From Eledone cirrhosa (taxonomy: Eukaryota): a stretch of DNA of 64,000 nt. The notes beneath the pieces were generated by a model. It worked only from the letters and a program-made list of their open reading frames with translations. It did not search any database and had not been told where the DNA came from. Positions within the stretch are counted from its first letter, which is position 1. Every line of letters begins with the position of its first letter. Position numbers and translations under genes: made by a program. The stretch covers positions 162,874,001-162,938,000 of the forward strand of contig OZ024742.1 of NCBI GenBank assembly GCA_964016885.1, given 5' to 3'. Positions 52,590 to 64,000 of this stretch are shown here, in pieces.

Positions 52590-53500
52590 ATTATCTCCCC
52601 TTGGACGACTAGAAATTACCTCTCATTGGACGGCTGAAAATTATCTCCCCTTGGACGGCTGGAAATTATCTCCCCTTGATTTTTTTTACAAATTATCTCC
52701 CCCTGATTTTTTTTTACAAATTATCTCCCCCTGATTTTTTTTTTACAAATTATCTCCGCCTGATTTTTTTTTAAAATTATCTCTCCTTGGACGGCTAGAT
52801 ATTATCTCCCCTTTCATTTTTTTACAAATTATCTCCCCCTGATTTTTTTTTACAAATTATCTCCCCCTGATTTTTTTTTACAAATTATCTACCCCTAATT
52901 TTTTTTTACAAATTATCTTCCCCTGATTTTTTTTACAAATTATCTCCCCCTGATTTTTTTTTTACAAATTATCTCCCCCTGATTTTTTTACAAATTATCT
53001 CCGCCTGATTTTTTTAAATATTATCTTCTCTTGGCTGGCGGGAAATTATCTCCCCTTGGACGGCTGAAAATTATCTCCCCTTGGACGGCTGGAAATTATC
53101 TCCCCCTGATTTTTTTTTACAAATTATCTCCCCCTGATTTTTTTTTACAAATTATCTCCCCCTGATTTTTTTTTACAAATTATCTCCCCCTGATTTTTTT
53201 TACAAATTATCTCCCCCTGATTTTTTTACAAATTATCTCCCCTTGGCTGGCTGGAAATTATCTCCCCTTGGAGGCTGGAATTTATCTCCCCTTGGACGGC
53301 TAGAAATTACCTCTCCTTGGACGGCTGGAAAATATGTCCTTGGACGGCTGGATATTATCTACCCTTGGACGGCTGGAAATTATCTCCCCTTGGACGGCTG
53401 GAAATTATCTCCCCTTGGACGGCTAGATATTACCTCCCCTTGGACGGCTGGAAATTATCTCCCCTTGATTTTTTTTACAAATTATCTCCCCCTGATTTTT
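52590..53500 (+). repeat. Copy of ~42630-43570 (offset 9961, later 9933)
   Basis: Rare variants CTCATTGGAC (42661/52622) and TTTCATTTT (42851/52812). ORF pair 43310/53243. Confidence 0.85.
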
Positions 53501-55300
53501 TTTTACAAATTATCTACCCCTGATTTTTTTTTACAAATTATCTCCCCCTGATTTTTTTTTACAAATTATCTCTCCCTGATTTTTTTTTACAAATTATCTC
53601 CCCCTGATTTTTTTTTACCAATTATCTACCCCTGATTTTTTTTTACAAATTATCTCCCCCTGATTTTTTTTACAAATTATCTCCCCCTGATTTTTTTTAC
53701 AAATTATCTCCCCCTGATTTTTTTACAAATTATCTCCCCCCGATTTTTTTTACAAATTATATCCGCCTAATTTTTTTAAATATTATCTTCCCTTGGCTGG
53801 CGGGAAATTATCTCCCCTTGGACGGCTGAAAATTATCTCCCCTTGGACGGCTGGAAATTATCTCCCCTTGATTTTTTTACAAATTATCTCCCCCTGACTA
53901 TTTTTTACAAATTATCTCCCCCTGATTTTTTTTTACAAATTATCTCCCTCTGATTTTTTTTACAAATTATCTCCCCTTGGCTGGCTGGAAATTATCTCCC
54001 CTTGGAGGCTGGAATTTATCTCCCCTTGGACGGTTAGAAATTACCTCTCCTTGGACTGCTGGAAAATATGTCTCCCTGGACGGCTGGAAATTATCTCCCC
54101 TTGGACGGCTGGAAATTATCTCCCCTTGGACGGCTGGAAATTATCTCTCCTCGGACGACTAGAAATTACCTCTCCTTGGACAGCTGAAAATTATCTCCCC
54201 TTGGACGGCTGGAAATTATCTCCCCTTGATTTTTTTTACAAATTATCTCCCCCTGATTTTTTTTTACAAATTATCTCCCCCTGATTTTTTTTACAAATTA
54301 TCTCCCCCTGATATTTTTTACAAATTATCTCCCCCTGATTTTTTTAAAAATTATCTCCCCTTGGCTGGCTGGAAATTATCTCCCCTTGGAGGCTGGAATT
54401 TATCTCCCCTTGGACGGCTAGAAATTACCTCGCCTTGGACGGCTGGAAAATATGTCTCCTTGGACGGCTGGAAATTATCTCCCCTTGGACGGCTGGAAAT
54501 TATCTCCCCTTGGACGGCTGGAAATTATCTCCCCTTGGACGGCTAGATATTACCTCCCCTTGGACGGCTGGAAATTATCTCCCCTTGATTTTTTTTACAA
54601 TTTATCTCCCCCTGATTTTTTTTTACAAATTATCTCCGCCTGATTTTTTTTAAAAAATTATCTCCCCTTGAACGGCTGGAAATTATCTCCCCTTGGACGG
54701 CTGGAAATTATCTCCCCTTGGACGGCTAGAAATTACCTCTCCTTGGACGGCTGAAAATTATCTCCCCTTGGACGGCTGCAAATTATCTCCCCTTGATTTT
54801 TTAACAAATTATCTCCCCCTGATTTTTTTTTACAAATTATCTCCCCCTGATTTTTTTTTACAAATTATCTACGCCTAATTTTTTTTACAAATTATCTCCC
54901 CCTGATTTTTTTTTACAAATTATCTCCCCCTGATTTTTTTTACAAATTATCTCCACCTGATTTTTTTTTACAAATTATTTCCCCCTGATTTTTTTACAAA
55001 TTATCTCCCCCCTGATTTTTTTTACAATCTCCGCCTGATTTTTTTAAAAATTATCTTCCCTTGGCTGGCGGGAAATTATCTCCCCTTGGACGGCTGGAAA
55101 TTATATCCCCTTGGAAGGATGGAAATTATCTCCCCTTGGACGGCTGGAAATTATCTCCCCTTGGACGGCTGGAAATTATCTCCCCTTGGACAGCTGGAAA
55201 TTATCTGCCCTTGATTTTGTTTTTACAAATTATCTCCCCCTGATTTTTTTTACAAATTATCTCCACCTGATTTTTAAAAAAATTATCTCCCCTTGGACGG
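53400..55300 (+). repeat. Copy of ~35330-37250 (offset 18069, later 18041)
   Basis: Rare variants TACCAATTATCTACC (~35548/~53617) and CCTGACTATT (~35824/~53893). ORF pairs 35908/53977 and 36652/54693. Confidence 0.85.
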
Positions 55301-58300
55301 CTGGAAATTATCTCCCCTTGATTTTTTTACAAATTATCTCCCCCTGATTTTTTTTACAAATTATCTCCCCCTGATTTTTTTTACAAATTATCTCCCCCTG
55401 ATTTTTTTACAAATTATCTCCCCCTGATTTTTTTTACAAATTATCTCCGCCTGATTTTTTTAAATATTATCTTCCCTTGGCTGGCGGGAAATTATCTCCC
55501 CTTGGACGGCTGAAAATTATCTCCCCTTGGACGGCTGGAAATTATCTCCCCTTGATTATTTTTACAAATTATCTCCCCCTGATTTTTTTTTACAAATTAT
55601 CTCCCCCTGATTTTTTTTTACAAATTATCTCCCCCTGATTTTTTTTTACAAATTATCTCACCCTGATTTTTTTTACAAATTATCTCCCCCTGATTTTTTT
55701 ACAAATTATCTCCCCTTGGCTAGCTGGAAATTATCTCCCCTTGGAGGCTGGAATTTATCTCCCCTTGGACGGCTAGAAATTACCTCTCCTTGGACGGCTG
55801 GAAAATATGTCTCCTTGGACGGCTGGATATTATCTACCCTTGGACGGCTGGAAATTATCTCCCCTTGGACGGCTGGAAATTATCTCCCCTTGGACGGCTA
55901 GATATTACCTCCCCTTGGACGGCTGGAAATTATCTCCCCTTGATTTTTTTACAAATTATCTCCCCCTGATTTTTTTACAAATTATCTCCCCCTGATTTTT
56001 TTTACAAATTATCTCCGCCTAATTTTTTTAAATATTATCTTCCCTTGGCTGGCGGGAAATTATCTCCCCTTGGACGGCTGAAAATTATCTCCCCTTGGAC
56101 GGCTGGAAATTATCTCCCCTTGATTTTTTTTACAAATTATCTCCCCCTGATTTTTTTTTACAAATTATCTCCCCCTGATTTTTTTTACAAATTATCTCCC
56201 CCTGATTTTTTTTACAAATTATCTCCCCTTGGCTGGCTGGAAATTATCTCCCCTTGGAGGCTGGAATTTATCTCCCCTTGGACGGCTAGAAATTACCTCT
56301 CCTTGGACGGCTGGAAAATATGTCCTTGGACGGCTGGATATTATCTACCCTTGGACGGCTGGAAATTATCTCCCCTTGGACGGCTGGAAATTATCTCCCC
56401 TTGGACGGCTAGATATTACCTCCCCTTGGACGGCTGGAAATTATCTCCCCTTGATTTTTTTTACAATTTATCTCCCCCTGATTTTTTTTTACAAATTATC
56501 TCCCCCTGATTTTTTTTTACGAATTATCTCCCCCTGATTTTTTTTTACAAATTATCTCCGCCTGATTTTTTTTTAAAAATTATCTCCCCTTGAACGGCTG
56601 GAAATTATCTCCCCTTGGACGGCTGGAAATTATCTCCCCTTGGACGGCTAGAAATTACCTCTCCTTGGACGGCTGAAAATTATCTCCCCTTGGACGGCTG
56701 CAAATTATCTCCCCTTGATTTTTTAACAAATTATCTCCCCCTGATTTTTTTTTACAAATTATCTCCCCCTGATTTTTTTTTACAAATTATCTACGCCTAA
56801 TTTTTTTACAAATTATCTCCCCCTGATTTTTTTTTACAAATTATCTCCCCCTGATTTTTTTTACAAATTATCTCCCCCTGATTTTTTTTTACAAATTATT
56901 TCCCCCTGATTTTTTTACAAATTATCTCCCCCCTGATTTTTTTTACAATCTCCGCCTGATTTTTTTAATAATTATCTTCCCTTGGCTGGCGGGAAATTAT
57001 CTCCCCTTGGACGGCTGGAAATTATATCCCCTTGGAAGGATGGAAATTATCTCCCCTTGGACGGCTGGAAATTATCTCCCCTTGGACGGCTGGAAATTAT
57101 CTGCCCTTGATTTTGTTTTTACAAATTATCTCCCCCTGATTTTTTTTACAAATTATCTCCACCTGATTTTAAAAAAAATTATCTCCCCTTGGACGGCTGG
57201 AAATTATCTCCCCTTGATTTTTTTACAAATTATCTCCCCCTGATTTTTTTTACAAATTATCTCCGCCTGATTTTTTTAAATATTATCTTCCCTTGGCTGG
57301 CGGGAAATTATCTCCCCTTGGACGGCTGAAAATTATCTCCCCTTGGACGGCTGGAAATTATCTCCCCTTGATTTTTTTTACAAATTATCTCCCCCTGATT
57401 TTTTTTTACAAATTATCTCCCCCTGATTTTTTTTTACAAATTATCTCCCCCTGATTTTTTTTTACAAATTATCTCACCCTGATTTTTTTTACAAATTATC
57501 TCCCCCTGATTTTTTTACAAATTATCTCCCCTTGGCTGGCTGGAAATTATCTCCCCTTGGAGGCTGGAATTTATCTCCCCTTGGACGGCTAGAAATTACC
57601 TCTCCTTGGACGGCTGGAAAATATGTCTCCTTGGACGGCTGGATATTATCTACCCTTGGACGGCTGGAAATTATCTCCCCTTGGACGGCTGGAAATTATC
57701 TCCCCTTGGACGGCTAGATATTACCTCCCCTTGGACGGCTGGAAATTATCTCCCCTTGATTTTTTTACAAATTATCTCCCCCTGATTTTTTTACAAATTA
57801 TCTCCCCCTGATTTTTTTTACAAATTATCTCCGCCTAATTTTTTTAAATATTATCTTCCCTTGGCTGGCGGGAAATTATCTCCCCTTGGACGGCTGAAAA
57901 TTATCTCCCCTTGGACGGCTGGAAATTATCTCCCCTTGATTTTTTTTACAAATTATCTCCCCCTGATTTTTTTTTACAAATTATCTCCCCCTGATTTTTT
58001 TTACAAATTATCTCCCCCTGATTTTTTTACAAATTATCTCCCCTTGGCTGGCTGGAAATTATCTCCCCTTGGAGGCTGGAATTTATCTCCCCTTGGACGG
58101 CTAGAAATTACCTCTCCTTGGACGGCTGGAAAATATGTCCTTGGACGGCTGGATATTATCTACCCTTGGACGGCTGGAAATTATCTCCCCTTGGACGGCT
58201 GGAAATTATCTCCCCTTGGACGGCTAGATATTACCTCCCCTTGGACGGCTGGAAATTATCTCCCCTTGATTTTTTTTACAAATTATCTCCCCCTGATTTT

Positions 58301-61300
58301 TTTTTACAAATTATCTCCCCCTGATTTTTTTTTACAAATTATCTCCCCCTGATTTTTTTTTACAAATTATCTACCCCTGATTTTTTTTTACAAATTAGCT
58401 CTCCCTGATTTTTTTTACAAATTATCTCCCCCTGATTTTTTTTTACAAATTATCTCCCCCTGATTTTTTTTTACAAATTATCTACCCCTGATTTTTTTTA
58501 CAAATTATCTCCCCCTGATTTTTTTTACAAATTATCTCCCCCTGATTTTGTTTACAAATTATCTCCCCCTGATTTTTTTACAAATTATCTCCCCGTGATT
58601 TTTTTTACAAATTATCTCCGCCTAATTTTTTTAAATATTATCTTCCCTTGGCTGGCGGGAAATTATCTCCCCTTGGACGGCTGAAAATTATCTCTCCTTG
58701 GACGGCTGGAAATTATCTCCCCTTGATTTTTTTACAAATTATCTCCCCCTGATTATTTTTTACAAATTATCTCCCCCTGATTTTTTTTTACAAATTATCT
58801 CCCCCTGATTTTTTTTACAAATTATCTCCCCCTGATTTTTTTACAAATTATCTCCCCTTGGCTGGCTGGAAATTATCTCCCCTTGGAGGCTGGAATTTAT
58901 CTCCCCTTGGACGGTTAGAAATTACCTCTCCTTGGACGGCTGGAAAATATGTCTCCTTGGACGGCTGGAAATTATCGCCCCTTGGACGGCTGGAAATTAT
59001 CTCCCCTTGGACGGCTGGAAATTATCTCTCCTCGGACGGCTAGAAATTACCTCTCCTTGGACAGCTGAAAATTATCTCCCCTTGGACGGCTGGAAATTAT
59101 CTCCACTTGATTTTTTTTACAAATTATCTCCCCCTGATTTTTTTTTACAAATTATCTCCCCCTGATTTTTTTTTACAAATTATCTCCCCCTGATTTTTTT
59201 TTACAAATTATCTCCCCCTGATATTTTTTACAAATTATCTCCCCCTGATTTTTTTACAAATTATCTCCCCTTGGCTGGCTGGAAATTATCTCCCCTTGGA
59301 GGCTGGAATTTATCTCCCCTTAGACGGCTAGAAATTACCTCGCCTTGGACGGCTGGAAAATATGTCTCCTTGGACGGCTGGAAATTATCTCCCCTTGGAC
59401 GGCTGGAAATTATCTCCCCTTGGACGGCTGGAAATTATCTCCCCTTGGACGGCTAGATATTACCTCCCCTTGGACGGCTGGAAATTATCTCCCCTTGGAC
59501 GGCTAGATATTACCTCCCCTTGGACGGCTGGAAATTATCTCCCCTTGATTTTTTTTACAAATTATCTCCCCCTGATTTTTTTTTACAAATTATCTCCCCC
59601 TGATTTTTTTTTACGAATTATCTCCCCCCGATTTTTTTTTACAAATTATCTCTGCCTGATTTTTTAAAAAAAATTATCTCCCCTTGAACGGCTGGAAATT
59701 ATCTCCCCTTGGACGGCTGGAAATTATCTCCCCTTGGACGGCTAGAAATTACCTCTCCTTGGACGGCTGAAAATTATCTCCCCTTGGACGGCTGCAAATT
59801 ATCTCCCCTTGATTTTTTAACAAATTATCTCCCCCTGATTTTTTTTTACAAATTATCTCCCCCTGATTTTTTTTTTAAAATTATCTCCCCCTGATTTTTT
59901 TACAAATTATCTCCCCCTGATTTTTTTTACAATCTCCGCCTGATTTTTTTAAAAATTATCTTCCCTTGGCTGGCGGGAAATTATCTCCCCTTGGACGGCT
60001 GGAAATTATATCCCCTTGGAAGGATGGAAATTATCTCCCCTTGGACGGCTGGAAATTATCTCCCCTTGGACGGCTGGAAATTATCTCCCCTTGGACAGCT
60101 GGAAATTATCTGCCCTTGATTTTGTTTTTACAAATTATCTCCCCCTGATTTTTTTTACAAATTATCTCCACCTGATTTTTTCAAAAATTATCTCCCCTTG
60201 GACGGCTGAAAATTATCTCCCCTTGATTTTTTTACAAATTATCTCCCCCTGATTTTTTTTACAAATTATCTCCCCCTGATTTTTTGTTACAAATTATCTC
60301 CCCCTGATTTTTTTACAAATTATCTCCCCCTGATTTTTTTTACAAATTATCTCCGCCTGATTTTTTTAAATATTATCTTCCCTTGGCTGGCGGGAAATTA
60401 TCTCCCCTTGGACGGCTGAAAATTATCTCCCCTTGGACGGCTGGAAATTATCTCCCCCTGATTTTTTTTACAAATTATCTCCCCCTGATTTTTTTTTACA
60501 AATTATCTCCCCCTGATTTTTTTTTACAAATTATCTGCCCCTGATTTTTTTTACAAATTATCTCCCCCTGATTTTTTTACAAATTATCTCCCCTTGGCTG
60601 GCTGGAAATTATCTCCCCTTGGAGGCTGGAATTTATCTCCCCTTGGACGGCTAGAAATTACCTCTCCTTGGACGGCTGGAAAATATGTCTACTTGGACGG
60701 CTGGATATTATCTACCCTTGGACGGCTGGAAATTATCTCCCCTTGGACGGCTAGATATTACCTCCCCTTGGACGGCTGGAAATTATCTCCCCTTGATTTT
60801 TTTTACAAATTATCTCCCCCTGATTTTTTTTTACAAATTATCTCCCCCTGATTTTTTTTACAAATTATCTCCCCCTGATTTTTTTACAAATTATCTCCCC
60901 CCGATTTTTTTTACAAATTATATCCGCCTAATTTTTTTAAATATTATCTTCCCTTGGCTGGCGGGAAATTATCTCCCCTTGGACGGCTGAAAATTATCTC
61001 CCCTTGGACGGCTGGAAATTATCTCCCCTTGATTTTTTTACAAATTATCTCCCCCTGATTATTTTTTACAAATTATCTCCCCCTGATTTTTTTTTACAAA
61101 TTATCTCCCTCTGATTTTTTTTACAAATTATCTCCCCTTGGCTGGCTGGAAATTATCTCCCCTTGGAGGCTGGAATTTATCTCCCCTTGGACGGTTAGAA
61201 ATTACCTCTCCTTGGACTGCTGGAAAATATGTCTCCTTGGACGGCTGGAAATTATCTCCCCTTGGACGGCTGGAAATTATCTCCCCTTGGACGGCTGGAA

Positions 61301-61810
61301 ATTATCTCTCCTCGGACGACTAGAAATTACCTCTCCTTGGACAGCTGAAAATTATCTCCCCTTGGACGGCTGGAAATTATCTCCCCTTGATTTTTTTTAC
61401 AAATTATCTCCCCCTGATTTTTTTTACAAATTATCTCCCCCTGATTTTTTTTTACAAATTATCTCCACCTGATTTTTTTTTACAAATTATCTGCCCCTGA
61501 TTTTTTTAACAAATTATCTCCCCCTGATTTTTTTACAAATTATCTCCCCTTGGCTGGCTGGAAATTATCTCCCCTTGGAGGCTGGAATTTATCTCCCTTT
61601 GGACGGCTAGAAATTACCTCTCCTTGGACGGCTGGAAAATATTTCTCCTTGGACGGCTGGATATTATCTACCCTTGGACGGGTGGAAATTATCTCCCCTT
61701 GGACGGCTGGAAATTATCTCCCCTTGGACGGCTAGATATTACCTCCCCTTGGACGGCTGGAAAGTATCTCCCCTTGATTTTTTTTACAAATTATCTCCCC
61801 CTGATTTTTT
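54667..61810 (+). repeat. Near-identical copy of ~28525-35430 (offsets 26142, 26377, 26402)
   Basis: ORF pairs 28551/54693, 29903/56045, 31719/57861, 32481/58858, 32869/59271, 33564/59966 and 35173/61550. Variants TTTAATAATT, AATTAGCTCT, CCCTTAGACGG and TTTTCAAAA are shared. Confidence 0.95.
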
Positions 61811-64000
61811 TTTACAAATTATCTCCCCCTGATTTTTTTACAAATTATCTCCCCCTGATTTTTTTTACAAATTATCTCCGCCTGATTTTTTTAAATATTA
61901 TCTTCTCTTGGCTGGCGGGAAATTATCTCCCCTTGGACGGCTGAAAATTATCTCCCCTTGGACGGCTGGAAATTATCTCCCCTTGATTTTTTTTACAAAT
62001 TATCTCCCCCTGATTTTTTTTTACAAATTATCTCCCCCTGATTTTTTTTTACAAATTATCTCCCCCTGATTTTTTTTTACAAATTATCTCCCCCTGATTT
62101 TTTTTACAAATTATCTCCCCCTGATTTTTTTACAAATTATCTCCCCTTAGCTGGCTGGAAATTATCTCCCCTTGGAGGCTGGAATTTATCTCCCCTTGGA
62201 CGGCTAGAAATTACCTCTCCTTGGACGGCTGGAAAATATGTCCTTGGACGGCTGGATATTATCTACCCTTGGACGGCTGGAAATTATCTCCCCTTGGACG
62301 GCTGGAAATTATCTCCCCTTGGACGGCTAGATATTAGCTCCCCTTGGACGGCTGGAAATTATCTACCCCTGATTTTTTTTTACAAATTATCTCCCCCTGA
62401 TTTTTTTTACAAATTATCTCTCCCTGATTTTTTTTTACAAATTATCTCCCCCTGATTTTTTTTTACAAATTATCTCCCCCTGATTATTTTTTACAAATTA
62501 TCTCCCCCTGATTTTTTTTACAAATTATCTCCACCTGATTTTTTAAAAAATTATCTCCCCTTGGACGGCTGGAAATTATCTCCCCTTGATTTTTTTACAA
62601 ATTATCTCCCCCTGATTTTTTTTACAAATTATCTCCCCCTGATTTTTTTTTTACAAATTATCTCCCCCTGATTTTTTTACAAATTATCTCCCCCTGATTT
62701 TATTTATAAATTATCTCCGCCTGATTTTTTTAAATATTATCTTCCCTTGGCTGGCGGGAAATTATCTCCCCTTGGACGGCTGAAAATTATCTCCCCTTGG
62801 ACGGCTGGAAATTATCTCCCCTTGATTTTTTTTACAAATTATCTCCCCCTGATTTTTTTTTACAAATTATCTCCCCCTGATTTTTTTTTACAAATTATCT
62901 CCCCCTGATTTTTTTTTACAAATTATCTGCCCCTGATTTTTTTTACAAATTATCTCCCCCTGATTTTTTTACAAATTATCTCCCCTTGGCTGGCTGGAAA
63001 TTATCTCCCCTTGGAGGCTGGAATTTATCTCCCCTTGGAGGGCTAGAAATTACCTCGCCTTGGACGGCTGGAAAATATTTCTCCTTGGACGGCTGGATAT
63101 TATCTACCCTTGGACGGGTGGAAATTATCTCCCCTTGGACGGCTGGAAATTATCTCCCCTTGGACGGCTAGATATTACCTCCCCTTGGACGGCTGGAAAT
63201 TATCTCCCCTTGATTTTTTTTACAAATTATCTCCCCCTGATTTTTTTTTTACAAATTATCTCCCCCTGATTTTTTTACAAATTATCTCCCCCTGATTTTT
63301 TTTACAAATTATCTCCGCCTGATTTTTTTAAATATTATCTTCTCTTGGCTGGCGGGAAATTATCTCCCCTTGGACGGCTGAAAATTATCTCCCCTTGGAC
63401 GGCTGGAAATTATCTCCCCTTGATTTTTTTTACAAATTATCTCCACCTGATTTTTTTTTACAAATTATTTCCCCCTGATTTTTTTACAAATTATCTCCCC
63501 CCTGATTTTTTTTACAATCTCCGCCTGATTTTTTTAAAAATTATCTTCCCTTGGCTGGCGGGAAATTATCTCCCCTTGGACGGCTGGAAATTATATCCCC
63601 TTGGAAGGATGGAAATTATCTCCCCTTGGACGGCTGGAAATTATCTCCCCTTGGACGGCTGGAAATTATCTCCCCTTGGACAGCTGGAAATTATCTGCCC
63701 TTGATTTTGTTTTTACAAATTATCTCCCCCTGATTTTTTTTACAAATTATCTCCACCTGATTTTTAAAAAAATTATCTCCCCTTGGACGGCTGGAAATTA
63801 TCTCCCCTTGATTTTTTTACAAATTATCTCCCCCTGATTTTTTTTACAAATTATCTCCCCCTGATTTTTTTTACAAATTATCTCCCCCTGATTTTTTTAC
63901 AAATTATCTCCCCCTGATTTTTTTTACAAATTATCTCCGCCTGATTTTTTTAAATATTATCTTCCCTTGGCTGGCGGGAAATTATCTCCCCTTGGACGGC

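Larger units (their letters stand above)
1..64000. repeat. Composite two-monomer satellite DNA array (25-bp A unit and 26-29-bp B unit, shared core AAATTATCTCCCCYTG), open at both window ends
   Basis: The core AAATTATCTCCCC or a close variant recurs every ~21-29 bp from base 1 to 64000, always head-to-tail in the same orientation. No non-repeat segment was seen. Confidence 0.99.

Noticed and set aside
15-63837. Numerous plus-strand ORFs of 60-259 aa (GWKLSPLGRLEIISPWTAGNYLPLD and FFTNYLPLI repeats)
   Set aside because: The 25-bp A unit has no stop codon in any frame, so three units give a 25-aa repeat in all frames. The ORFs overlap out of frame, mostly start at TTG, and shift frame with T-tract length. 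There is no sign of coding constraint.
1-64000. CRISPR-like look (constant core plus variable intervening sequence)
   Set aside because: The intervening parts are only ~9-13 nt and of two recurring types rather than unique spacers. No leader or cas genes are present.
1-64000. Telomerase-made long telomeric repeat (25 bp, strand-biased)
   Set aside because: Variants are inherited in multi-kb blocks and there are two tail types, which fits recombinational amplification rather than repeated copying of one RNA template. A subtelomeric location is not excluded.
1-64000. Duplications as pure assembly artefacts
   Set aside because: The copies carry private substitutions and unit-precise indels in a consistent nested pattern. 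This cannot be fully excluded without reads.
1-64000. Inversions or inserted mobile elements
   Set aside because: I saw no reverse-complement monomers (GGGGAGATAATTT) and no foreign sequence on the plus strand.

Overview
The whole 64 kb is one uninterrupted, single-orientation tandem-repeat (satellite) array. I see no genes, RNA genes, transposon insertions or unique sequence. It is built from two monomer types that share a 16-nt core, AAATTATCTCCCCYTG. Type A is the core plus GACGGCTGG (25 bp, 52% GC, one CpG). Type B is the core plus A(T)7-10AC (26-29 bp, ~30% GC). Runs of A (1 to ~13 units) alternate with runs of B (~2 to 13 units), for roughly 2,400 monomers (estimated from mean length). 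A-runs come in a handful of stereotyped modules defined by position-specific variant monomers. These modules are strung into a mosaic of nested, near-identical duplications with offsets of 540, ~1.8-1.9 k, 2568, 4361/3550, 5866, 9961, 12230, 18069, 20148 and 26142-26402 bp, rather than one fixed higher-order repeat. A sub-domain at ~36-53 kb carries its own variants and three copies of a divergent cassette. All listed ORFs are by-products of the stop-free 25-bp A unit. The organism and chromosomal context (centromeric, subtelomeric or interstitial) cannot be determined from this window; a eukaryotic origin is inferred from the size and architecture.
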